Source: an uncultured delta proteobacterium (lineage in GTDB: Bacteria > Desulfobacterota > Binatia > UBA9968). From it: DNA of 64,000 nt. Position numbers and translations under genes: made by a program. The notes beneath the pieces are model-generated. The model had not been told where the DNA came from. It saw nothing but the letters and a program-made list of their open reading frames with translations, and made no database searches. Shown here piece by piece: positions 50,291-59,220 of the stretch. Every line of letters begins with the position of its first letter. Position 1 is the first letter of the stretch. Where the stretch lies: NCBI GenBank assembly GCA_963737905.1, contig CAVTUQ010000014.1:1-64000 (forward strand), read 5' to 3'.

Positions 50291-52240
50291 TTACCAAAGA
50301 AGATTGGTGTCGAGGATGTATACTCGACCGGAGTATTTTTGCACGGTCTCATACATGTGCTCCGTGCCTCCAGGCCCATCCCCGCCTTTGCGGTTCCACA
50401 AGCAAACAAAGCGAACTTTATCGGGTCCCCAGGAGAGTGCCGTATACAGTTGCCACAGATTATCCCGGTCGTATGCATTGGCTCCTTTGGGAGTTGGGCC
50501 GAATTCATCAGGCATCACAAACAGCTTGGTGTTAGGGTTGTCCTTCACCTGATAAAAGCGATCCGTCCAATTACCTGGAGCAAAGGCCACAGATTTTTGA
50601 ATAAAAGTCGGCTCGTCAAAAGGAATGCGCAACTCCAGCTTTAACCCGCGCGCAAGGCAAGCCTCGGCAAAAAGCAAATCGCCGCCGCAGGCACCGCCGC
50701 AAAGCCCCAAATCCTCCGGCCCGGCTTTCAACGCGTCTAATTTATCCGCGATCGCTTTTGCTGCAATCGGTTCCTTGTCGGCAGGGAATCGCGGCTCTTT
50801 GCGGTCCCGTGCGTCGATCATATGCCCGCTGAAAAGAAAAACCTGCCGGGGCGTCCATCGCGATTCGGGACGTGTCACTCGCGCCAAAGCCCGGTCGACA
50901 ATTTCCAGACAACTCTGGACTTCCGCGGGCCGAAAACCAAGGTCTTTGTATAAGAGAAGCTGCTCACGAGACGAATTCAGCTTGAACCAATCCCCATCGG
51001 CGACAGCGACGGCGCTCTTCAAAGCCGCTTCAACCACTTGCTTCTGACTGGACAAGCCTTCCAACTCTGCTAGTGTAGCGCGCGCCCAATAGTCCTTGGA
51101 GTCCCGCTCTAACGCTCCCCGAACCGCCCAGCGAACTCCGCCCTCCATTTCCTTCCGCAATCCTAGCTGTTCTTCGCTGCCCGTTAGGTGAGCCCGCAGA
51201 TGCATCAGCGCCACCGCGTTGATGCCTGAGTAGTAGTGCGAGGGATTTTTACGAAATCCTGTGGTATAAACTTCAATTACCTCTTGCAGCAAAGCATCAT
51301 CAGCTGCCGCATCTTGCCGCATTTGCTCCACCGTCTTTCCTTCCGCACGCCAACCACCCATCCAACTGTCCTTCTCCACCCGACCTAAAAGCGCCCAGCT
51401 TTCCGAATCGTCAGGAATGTCCTTTGCCAAATCTTGGAGCCATTTCCTCGCCGCATCGCTCTTCTTCATCCGGCCCAACAAAAGTCCCTTTTGACGGCGA
51501 CTTTCGTGATCATTCGGAGAAAGCATCAACGCTTTCTCATATTGACCGAGTGCCAGAGCAAATTGTCCCAGAGAGCGCAGGGCATTACCCGCGCTTCGAT
51601 AGGCCTCAACGCGAAGACCAATATTCGGGGCTTCTTCCGCAAGTACCAGAATATCACCAGGACGATTTCCTTTTTTCGCAATTTCGATCCGCAGGGCCCA
51701 TAACCAGAACTGCTTCGCCCCTTCCACTTGCAACTGCATGAAATGCGGCTCTTTGAGGGAGGGCAACAGATGATAGACCGGACTGATCTTCCTTTCGTAC
51801 CAGGAATCCATCGTCTCCGTGGCAAATGCGGCGAGCGCCTTCTTGTCATCCTCCAACCGCTCGGGATCAGGGATAGCGGCCGCCGAAGGATTTTCCTTTA
51901 TCGAGTATCGCAGCGACCGGTCGGTATAGAGATCGAATGGCATGTAATCGCGCCGGCACCTGATGCCGATGACGCCGCGCGCCCGGAGAGCATGGCGCAC
52001 ACCGAGCTCGTACCAGACATTTGGGTTGTCGATGGAAAGATCGGCGACGACCAGATCGGCAAGCAGCAGCTCCTGGAACATGTCCGTGCGAATGTCTCCC
52101 GCACGCATTTCCTCGTCTGCACGGAAAACTTCAAAGCCGGCGCCTTCAAGCGCCGGCTTGATCAGATCACTGTAAACCCGGTTGAAATCGATCTGTTCTT
52201 TGGTGCCGTACGGCATCACTACAAACGCGTGGTATGCCAT
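50291..52240 (-). CDS. DUF4071 (MAP3K TRAF-binding/ASK1-like) protein: N-terminal nucleoside deoxyribosyltransferase/TIR-like domain, TPR region, C-terminal SLOG-like domain
   Basis: AFVVMPYG...RADEE...DLVVADLSIDNPNVWYELGVRHA; LLGRVEKD, YYSGINA, DYWARATLAE; FSGHMID...GGACGGDLLFAE...WNRKGGDGPGGT. Confidence 0.85.
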   Translation of the reverse strand: MAYHAFVVMPYGTKEQIDFNRVYSDLIKPALEGAGFEVFRADEEMRAGDIRTDMFQELLLADLVVADLSIDNPNVWYELGVRHALRARGVIGIRCRRDYMPFDLYTDRSLRYSIKENPSAAAIPDPERLEDDKKALAAFATETMDSWYERKISPVYHLLPSLKEPHFMQLQVEGAKQFWLWALRIEIAKKGNRPGDILVLAEEAPNIGLRVEAYRSAGNALRSLGQFALALGQYEKALMLSPNDHESRRQKGLLLGRMKKSDAARKWLQDLAKDIPDDSESWALLGRVEKDSWMGGWRAEGKTVEQMRQDAAADDALLQEVIEVYTTGFRKNPSHYYSGINAVALMHLRAHLTGSEEQLGLRKEMEGGVRWAVRGALERDSKDYWARATLAELEGLSSQKQVVEAALKSAVAVADGDWFKLNSSREQLLLYKDLGFRPAEVQSCLEIVDRALARVTRPESRWTPRQVFLFSGHMIDARDRKEPRFPADKEPIAAKAIADKLDALKAGPEDLGLCGGACGGDLLFAEACLARGLKLELRIPFDEPTFIQKSVAFAPGNWTDRFYQVKDNPNTKLFVMPDEFGPTPKGANAYDRDNLWQLYTALSWGPDKVRFVCLWNRKGGDGPGGTEHMYETVQKYSGRVYILDTNLLW

Positions 52241-52579
52241 ATAAGCCTCAACTTAGCTTGCCTGAAGCGTTCCTTGGTAACACCAAACTCGATGGCGGGG
52301 TCGCCCCGTCATCCTGCATCCTGAAAAAGATCTGGCTCAGGACAGCGTGCCGACATACCGATTCTTGCGTTCCGTGGTCATAGTTCCGATGTTTGTTGGA
52401 ACCAAACGCTGAATGAGAGTTTGTCGCGATCTATTCGACGGTCTACTATGCCGCGCTTAAAACGCCACGACAGACCCGGCGCCGAGAAGTTTATCACCTT
52501 CAGCTTCAAACAAGAATCGCTCCGTATACGTGGCTCCCAAACTGCAAGTCGCCTTACCGGCCAGTACACCGACAGTAAT

Positions 52580-53325
52580 TCAATAAAAAACGTTACCGCC
52601 ATCGACCAAGAAAGTTTGGCCCGTGACAAAGTCGCTGTCCGACGAGGCGAGATAGACGAGAACGCCGAGCAAATCTTCCGGGGTTTGGAGTCTCTTGATG
52701 GAGCGTGCCTTGAGCTGGAACTCGGTAAACTCTTTCGGCGCGTTCATGGCCCTCGTGTTGAACCAAACCCGGCGCGATGGCATTCACACAGATACCGAAC
52801 TCACCCACTTCGCGCGCCAGAGATCTTGTCATCCCGACCAAGCGCGGCTTTCGATGCCACGTAATGCAAAAACAATGGCGTACCAGCAAAGACGGTGGAT
52901 GATGATATGTTGATGATCTTCCCGCTTCGCTGCTGCTTCATCTGGGGAAAGACCGCCTTGGCGCACAAGAACGGGCCTTTGATATTGACCGCCGAGACTC
53001 GGTCCCACTCCTCGGCGGATATTTCATAAAATGGATGGCGTTGGATGGTGAGGAAAATCGCCGCGTTGTTGACGAGGATATCGATGCGGCCGAAGGCCCG
53101 TACCGCTTCTGTCGCCATTCGCGCCGTATCCTCTTCCTGAGAGACATCTACCTTCAAGGCTATGGCCTTACCGCCCGCAGCGGTAATCTCCTTGACGACG
53201 TTTTCGCCGTCGAGAATGTCGGCGATGACGACGGCCGCGCCCTCCGCGGCGAGCCGGCGACAATAAGCGGCGCCGATGTGCCGCGCACCGCCCGTGACAA
53301 TGGCGACCTTGCCACCCAACCTCAT
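52580..53325 (-). CDS. SDR family oxidoreductase, frameshifted near 52840 and 52775
   Basis: TGGARHIG, NNAA, HYVASK; later frames give VNAIAPG and FVTGQTFLVDGG. Confidence 0.87.
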
Positions 53326-53343
53326 AGGAGCCCCTCGGGCTGC

Positions 53344-53413
53344 TGGAGTGATGGAGTACTGGAGTACTGGGGTTTGGACCCATCACTCCACCACTCCATT
53401 ATTCCAATACTCC
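53344..53413. repeat. Palindrome built from 8-mer tandem repeats
   Basis: TGGAGTGA-TGGAGTAC-TGGAGTAC-TGGG ... CCCA-TCACTCCA-CCACTCCA-TTATTCCA-ATACTCC. Confidence 0.82.
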
Positions 53414-53419
53414 GATTTT

Positions 53420-55042
53420 TCATTTCAGCTGTTCCAGGTGGGTCCTGAAGTCCAGCGGCTTCCACCACGGCTGGATCCCAAGCGACTCGGCGATGACGCG
53501 CGCCGCATTGTAACCCGGCGCGCCGGTGATGTTACCGCCCGGATGACAAGACGAGCCGCATAGGTAAAGACCATCGATGGGCGTCCGATATCCACCCCAG
53601 CCCGGGAATGGCCGGTTCTCCAGCGCCTGATCGCCCGCGTACTCCCCCACCATCCAATCGCCGCAGTACATATTGCGATCATGCCGCTCGATATCCAATG
53701 GCGTGGTGGAATCCGTGGACAGAATATTATGCTCGTCGAGGTTCGGCGCAAAGCGCTGCCATACCGCCAACTGTTTCTGAAACCATTCACTGCGAACCTT
53801 GTCCCAGTTAAGCGGATTGCCCCAAAGATTATAAGTCGCCAGCTGCCACATGAACGCGGTGGCTTTGCCTGGAGGCGCCTGGGTGGGATCATGAAAAGAA
53901 GGGGTCGCACCGTTCATGAAAGGTTTGCGCGGGAGCTGGCCGGTCCGGCAGTCTTCGAATAGATTCTGCAGATCGTGATAGTCCTCCAGACCGACAATGT
54001 GCATGAATGAGCCGGCGACCTCCGGATGCTTTTCCTCGGTGATGTACCTCGGCCTCTCATTCAAAGCCAAATTGGTCGCAAAGATCGGCGTCGTCTTTGA
54101 GAATCGAAAGTGCTCTGCCATATTGGCAAAATTCGGCTCTAGATTCTCGCGTCCCACTAGCTTGATGAACGTTTCCACCGGGTTGACGTTAGAAGCAATA
54201 AATTTGTTCGCCTTGATGATGGTGCCGTCTTCCAAAACCACCGCCGCCGCCCGCCCCTTTTGGACCAGAATCCGCTCGACGCCGTTTGCTTCAATATAAT
54301 CGACGTGATTGTGCGACATCATGTGTGCCAGGTTGTCGCCAAGCGCATGAGAGGTGCCACGGCACAGCTGCGGGTTGACGCCCCAGGCGATCATCGCCGG
54401 AATCAGGTAGCCGGTATTGGGCGCGTCAAGCTCGTACCCCCGCATGACGCCGAGAAAACCGATGAAGGCCTGCACCCGTGGATGTTCGAAGTGTTGAAGG
54501 ACGAATTCCTCCGGGGTCGTCTCAAAGTATTTCAGGTATTCGCGTCCCTCCGGTAGTTTTTCGAGCAACGGCCGTTTTTCTTCAATGGGAACCGGCACCG
54601 CATAGGTTTCTGGGAAAACAATATTTTTAACCACCGGTTGCCAGCGCGTCCAGATATCAAGAAAAGTTCCCGCGTCTTTTTTCGAGAAACCCTCGATGCT
54701 CGCCGCCGTTCGTTGGACGTCAGCGAACCACCCCAAATAGGTCTTGTCGATGAAATGATGCACAACTCCCGGATCTGGCTTGTAGTAGTGAATGCCAAAC
54801 TTCTCGAGCTCCAGATCCTTGAACCATGGCAGCATCATCAAGCCGCGATGAAAGACGGAATGAATATTGTGCCAGAAACCGGGATAGTTGCGATCCTCGT
54901 GTGAGTCCAATCCCCCGCCCACTTCCATATTTTTCTCGACGACCATGACTTTCTGGCCGCACTTGGCCAGATAGCCGGCGCAGATCATCCCGTTGTGCCC
55001 TGCGCCAATTACGACGCCGTCGTATTCAAAAATCTTAGGCAT
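53420..55042 (-). CDS. Phytoene desaturase-like FAD-dependent oxidoreductase
   Basis: IGAGHNG, VEKNMEVGG, DPTQAPPGK, YRTPIDGLYLCGSSCHPGGNITGAPG. Confidence 0.88.
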   Translation of the reverse strand: MPKIFEYDGVVIGAGHNGMICAGYLAKCGQKVMVVEKNMEVGGGLDSHEDRNYPGFWHNIHSVFHRGLMMLPWFKDLELEKFGIHYYKPDPGVVHHFIDKTYLGWFADVQRTAASIEGFSKKDAGTFLDIWTRWQPVVKNIVFPETYAVPVPIEEKRPLLEKLPEGREYLKYFETTPEEFVLQHFEHPRVQAFIGFLGVMRGYELDAPNTGYLIPAMIAWGVNPQLCRGTSHALGDNLAHMMSHNHVDYIEANGVERILVQKGRAAAVVLEDGTIIKANKFIASNVNPVETFIKLVGRENLEPNFANMAEHFRFSKTTPIFATNLALNERPRYITEEKHPEVAGSFMHIVGLEDYHDLQNLFEDCRTGQLPRKPFMNGATPSFHDPTQAPPGKATAFMWQLATYNLWGNPLNWDKVRSEWFQKQLAVWQRFAPNLDEHNILSTDSTTPLDIERHDRNMYCGDWMVGEYAGDQALENRPFPGWGGYRTPIDGLYLCGSSCHPGGNITGAPGYNAARVIAESLGIQPWWKPLDFRTHLEQLK

Positions 55043-55054
55043 GATTTCAACACT

Positions 55055-55123
55055 TTGAACTTTGAACCCGGAACCTTGAACTCTCGATACTTTACTGTTC
55101 CAGGTTCAAGGTTCAATGTTCAA
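55055..55123. repeat. TTGAAC/GTTCAA tandem-oligomer hairpin (copy 4, arms in reverse order)
   Basis: TTGAAC units come before the GTTCAA units. Confidence 0.82.
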
Positions 55124-55141
55124 GGTTTTCCGGCCCTTCCT

Positions 55142-56716
55142 CTACAGCTTCAAATCTTCTTTCATCACCTGCCAGCAATTACGACCGGATCCTGCAATCA
55201 CGGCGTTCGCAGGGTGCGTGGCGACCCCAACCTGATAGAGCCCTTCAATAGGCGTGCGATAGCCTGAGAGCTCCTCTATCGGCCGGTTGGCTCCCATCTG
55301 TTTAGCAATCTTGCGCGCCACCCAAACCGAACCTCGTCGCATATGAGGCCAGCGGCCGGAAATGTAGAATGGATCCATCGCGACTTTCATCTCGATGTTC
55401 TCATCCGTGAGATTGGTGGCGTAGCGGCGCCAAATCCCAAGAACCGACTCCATAAAATCATTTTTGAGCTTCACCCAGTCTTCGGGCTCTTTACCCTTGA
55501 GTTGAAAAGGGACCGGCATGAAGAGCGACGCCGTATGTTTCGGCTTCGGCGCCTGCAACGGATCGAACGCCGTCGGGCAAATGGTATGGAGAGAAACGTG
55601 CTCCGGAAACTCACCCTCACGAATTTCTTGCCACATCGCATCCAGATCGGCAGGTTTCTCGGGCCCCATGTTAACGCTCATGGCTTGCCCAACCGCCGCA
55701 TCCTCTGCTTCAAACAAGGCGTAACGCACGGGCACCTTAAGCGCCAGATGGGCCTGAAAATAAGAAAATTCGTCCACTTCAATCGCCCTTATTTTTTCGG
55801 AAAATGTCCTCGGTAGATTCTCCTCGCCAACCATGTCGATAAACGTACAATAAGGATCGACGTTGGAGACAACGGCGAGGTTAGCCTTCCACTGACGCCC
55901 GTCGCGCAACCGCACGCCGGCGGCTCTCCCCTTCTCGACCAGAATCTTCTCAACATGGTGGACAGCGCGAATTTGACCGCCGTTATGAACGTAGGCGCGC
56001 TGGAGCACCTGGGCGATGGAGTGAGCGCCGCCGCGAGCCAGCTCCGGCTTTTCATCGCCGGCAATCATCTTCAAAACTTCGATGCCGCCGCCTTCGTAAT
56101 CCACTGCCACGCCCCGGGGGATCGCCATCTGTGAAAGCACCAGAGTCTTGACAACATCATTTTCGAACAGCTCATCAACGACTTCCCTGGGCGTCATCTG
56201 CCACAGGCGGTGGAAGTCTTTGCCGGCGGGATAGGACGTTAGCTTTTGATTTCTCCCGTCATTCAATTGGGGCGTTTGATAGTAGCAGGGAATTAGAAAG
56301 TCACGGATGAGGAGGTGGTACTTGTCGTGGGTCTGCGACCACGTCACCGCGTCGTTGGGCGAGAATTTCGCTACGGAACTGACTGTTTCCGCAAGCGATT
56401 GATGCTGGGACAACGATCGCCCGTCCGCTAGCAGCAATGAGCTCACCACTGGCGGGGAGACGAACTCTGCGTGGTGCGCGGTATCCCACTTGAGTTCTTT
56501 CCATACAGGCGAGATTCCTCGATTGTCTTGAAAATAAGCGAGGGTATTGTGCCAATACCCCGGCATTGTGATCTCTTCACTGGCAAGCCGGCCGCCGTTC
56601 TCCAGCCGGCTTTCGCAGATCACGGTCCTGAGACCGGCCATTCCCAAATACGTGCCGAGAGCAAAGTTATTCTGCCCAGCGCCGATGAGAATGACGTCCC
56701 ACTCCTGATCAAGCAT
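55142..56716 (-). CDS. Phytoene desaturase-like FAD-dependent oxidoreductase (divergent paralog)
   Basis: IGAGQNN, DPLQAP, YRTPIEGLYQVGVATHP; colinear with 53420-55042. Confidence 0.85.
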   Translation of the reverse strand: MLDQEWDVILIGAGQNNFALGTYLGMAGLRTVICESRLENGGRLASEEITMPGYWHNTLAYFQDNRGISPVWKELKWDTAHHAEFVSPPVVSSLLLADGRSLSQHQSLAETVSSVAKFSPNDAVTWSQTHDKYHLLIRDFLIPCYYQTPQLNDGRNQKLTSYPAGKDFHRLWQMTPREVVDELFENDVVKTLVLSQMAIPRGVAVDYEGGGIEVLKMIAGDEKPELARGGAHSIAQVLQRAYVHNGGQIRAVHHVEKILVEKGRAAGVRLRDGRQWKANLAVVSNVDPYCTFIDMVGEENLPRTFSEKIRAIEVDEFSYFQAHLALKVPVRYALFEAEDAAVGQAMSVNMGPEKPADLDAMWQEIREGEFPEHVSLHTICPTAFDPLQAPKPKHTASLFMPVPFQLKGKEPEDWVKLKNDFMESVLGIWRRYATNLTDENIEMKVAMDPFYISGRWPHMRRGSVWVARKIAKQMGANRPIEELSGYRTPIEGLYQVGVATHPANAVIAGSGRNCWQVMKEDLKL

Positions 56717-56807
56717 TGACACTTCCAGTGGTAACTGAGTTTTGGTCAAGATCGGGATGACAGGTCGCTTGAAGTGTCACTCCGAGCGGTAGACTCTGTG
56801 AAAACTT

Positions 56808-56910
56808 CGTTCATGGTTCGACTGAACTCACCACGAACGGAACCGCGACATCGCGACATACTTCTATTATTTGACCAGTTCTTGGTTCACCCAGAGCCTG
56901 GTCGAAGGGA
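56808..56910. repeat. REP-like pair (TGGTTCGAC..CTCACCACGAACGG / GTTCACCCAGAGCCTGGTCGAAGGG)
   Basis: Imperfect inverted pair in a long intergenic spacer. Confidence 0.5.
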
Positions 56911-56982
56911 ATCCTTTTAATCAAAAGTAAGCTCCGAGCTATTACTGCAACTCCGCTGCGTTCGCGAACAGCAAACGATCTG

Positions 56983-57999
56983 TCACTTCAAAAAGATCTT
57001 GCCGTATTCGGCCATCTTCTCTGCGAATCCTTTTTGATCCAATTCGTCCATCTCTACCATTTCAATTTTATCCGCATCCGGCAGCGGCGGATAGATTCCT
57101 TTGCGCGTGACAAACTCGCCAATTCCAGCCATCAAACGCAATCCCTCTTCGCCAAGGAAAAAGTCGATAAAGGCCTTACCGGAATTCGGGTGAGGCGCCT
57201 TGGCGCCAAGCGAGATAGACTGACCATCTCCCATGAACTTGCCGAGTCTAACGTAATCCAAAGGCACGCCTTTTTTACCGTAAAAGACCACGTTTTTTAA
57301 AAAAGCGATCCCGATCGGAGTCTCTCCGGTCGTAATGCGCTCCCCTGCCGGGGTCAAAGAGGACACTAACAATGGCCTCGTTGCAGCCAATTCTCGAATA
57401 AACTTGTCCGCCCTTTCCTTGCCGCCCATCACTTTGTGGAGGCTGGCCATCCACTGAGCCGTTGTCGTGTGCTGGCTGGCATCGGGTACGACTACTTTGC
57501 CTTTGTATTGCGGCCTGACGAGATCCTCTAGCGACTTTGGCGCATCGGGGGGTTTAATGATTCCGGTATTATAAACAATGCCGATAATGGTGTTGCGGTA
57601 GGTCGGTCCAAGGTTAGGATCAATAAACTCTTTAGGAAAGGCGCGCGCTGAAGGTGAGTCATACTTGGCCAAAAATCCGTCTTTCTGGATCAGTTGCATT
57701 GTGGATTTGGTCGTCAGCACGACATCAAAGAGTGGTCTTCCGGCGCGGGACTCGCTGGCGACCCTATCTATAACTTTGTTCGCTGCATCCCGCCAATAGT
57801 CTACCTCCAGTCCTGTTTTCTTTTTCAAGGCGGCGGCGAGCAGGTCCATGGTGTCATTTTCGATGGAACCGTAGATTACTACCTTCCCACCTTCCTTTTT
57901 CGCGGCATCCACGAGCTTACTGTCCTGACCAAACAGAAAGTTAGGGAGGGGGACGACCCCGATCAGGCAACTGAGAGCGAGAACTCTTGTAATCTTCAT
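56983..57999 (-). CDS. Extracellular solute-binding protein (FbpA-like), orphan
   Basis: Signal peptide, AAKKEGGKVVIYG, APHPNSGKAFIDF. Confidence 0.87.
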   Translation of the reverse strand: MKITRVLALSCLIGVVPLPNFLFGQDSKLVDAAKKEGGKVVIYGSIENDTMDLLAAALKKKTGLEVDYWRDAANKVIDRVASESRAGRPLFDVVLTTKSTMQLIQKDGFLAKYDSPSARAFPKEFIDPNLGPTYRNTIIGIVYNTGIIKPPDAPKSLEDLVRPQYKGKVVVPDASQHTTTAQWMASLHKVMGGKERADKFIRELAATRPLLVSSLTPAGERITTGETPIGIAFLKNVVFYGKKGVPLDYVRLGKFMGDGQSISLGAKAPHPNSGKAFIDFFLGEEGLRLMAGIGEFVTRKGIYPPLPDADKIEMVEMDELDQKGFAEKMAEYGKIFLK

Positions 58000-58101
58000 A
58001 ATGGAAAACACCTCGGTGCTTTGATCTGTCCCTAAATATCTAAAAGCCAGATCTTTGTCCATGTTTGTTTAAAAGAACACCATTTGGTACCTTAACTATG
58101 G

Positions 58102-59220
58102 ATGACGCCGCAAGAAAAACTCAAGAAGATTCGGGAAGAGTTACGGCAAACGTTTCTCGAACGAGCCGATTTGATCGACGGCGCTCTAGCCGCGCTGCTG
58201 TCATCTCATCACGTGCTCATCGTCGGGCCGCCCGGCACCGCCAAGTCGATGCTGGCCGACGAGATGTGCCGGCGCATTAATGGCGCAAACTACTTTCAGT
58301 GGCTCCTTACCCGCTTCACGACTCCGGAAGAAATCTTTGGCGCCGTCAGCCTCAAAGCCTTGGAGCAGGACGACTATCGCCGGGTGACGGATCACAAACT
58401 GCCCCAAGCTCATATTGCTTTTTTAGATGAGATTTTTAAATCTAACTCGTCTATTTTAAATGCTATTCTCACTCTGATTAACGAGAGACTGTTCCATAAC
58501 GGCAAGGAGATTGTCCCGGTTCCGTTGCTGACCTTGTTCGGCGCCAGCAATGAGCTACCCGAAGAAGAAGAGCTGACCGCTCTGTATGACCGCTTTCTTG
58601 TCCGGTTCGTAGTTAATTATATCGCTGAAGATTTCCGCTTTTTGAGAATGCTCGAATCGCAGGCGCAGCCGACACGAACATCGCTCACTTTGATCGAGCT
58701 GAAAGAGTTGCAGGAGCAGGTTCGGGGGATCGCCATACCGTCTCACGTATATCGCAGTATGGCCGATATTCGGCGTGAGCTGAATAAAAAAAGCATCCAG
58801 GCGTCAGACCGCCGCTACCGGCAGTCACTTTCCTTACTTCAGGCCCGCGCCTTCCTGGAAGGGCAACAGGAAGTGCTCGAAAGGGATCTTTTCTTCCTCG
58901 AACACGTTCTGTGGCGCGATCCGGGAGAGCACGAGCAAGTCCGGAATACTATTCGCGAGCTCCTGCTCGGCTACGAAGAGGAGATCACGGAGCTCCTTTA
59001 CGAGTCCAGAGAGCTTCGTGATTCCGCCTCCCGCACTTGGGAGACCAGCGACGAACGGGCTCGAGCGTTGGTGGAATTTCATACCAAGCTGCGCAACATC
59101 CTCGCCAAGGTCGACCAGGTCATCGACAAAGCTAAACGGCTTGGTCGTCCTTTGGATCGTGTCGGTTCCGTTCGCAACGAGATCGAGCAGATTCAGAAAG
59201 AGATGTTGGAGCAGTTCTGA
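58102..59220 (+). CDS. ravA: MoxR-type AAA+ ATPase, RavA-like
   Basis: GPPGTAKS, LLTRFTTPEEIFG, FLDEIFKSNSSILNAILT, ASNELP, ALYDRF, SDRR. Confidence 0.85.
   Translation: MTPQEKLKKIREELRQTFLERADLIDGALAALLSSHHVLIVGPPGTAKSMLADEMCRRINGANYFQWLLTRFTTPEEIFGAVSLKALEQDDYRRVTDHKLPQAHIAFLDEIFKSNSSILNAILTLINERLFHNGKEIVPVPLLTLFGASNELPEEEELTALYDRFLVRFVVNYIAEDFRFLRMLESQAQPTRTSLTLIELKELQEQVRGIAIPSHVYRSMADIRRELNKKSIQASDRRYRQSLSLLQARAFLEGQQEVLERDLFFLEHVLWRDPGEHEQVRNTIRELLLGYEEEITELLYESRELRDSASRTWETSDERARALVEFHTKLRNILAKVDQVIDKAKRLGRPLDRVGSVRNEIEQIQKEMLEQF

Noticed and set aside
52241-52579. Possible att site or IS end flanking the patatin cassette
   Set aside because: Only short hairpins are visible; I found no direct repeat matching the 49140-49160 side and no integrase or transposase.
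53420-56716. Carotenoid biosynthesis (crtI) locus
   Set aside because: There is no phytoene synthase, cyclase or prenyltransferase nearby, and the context is catabolic.
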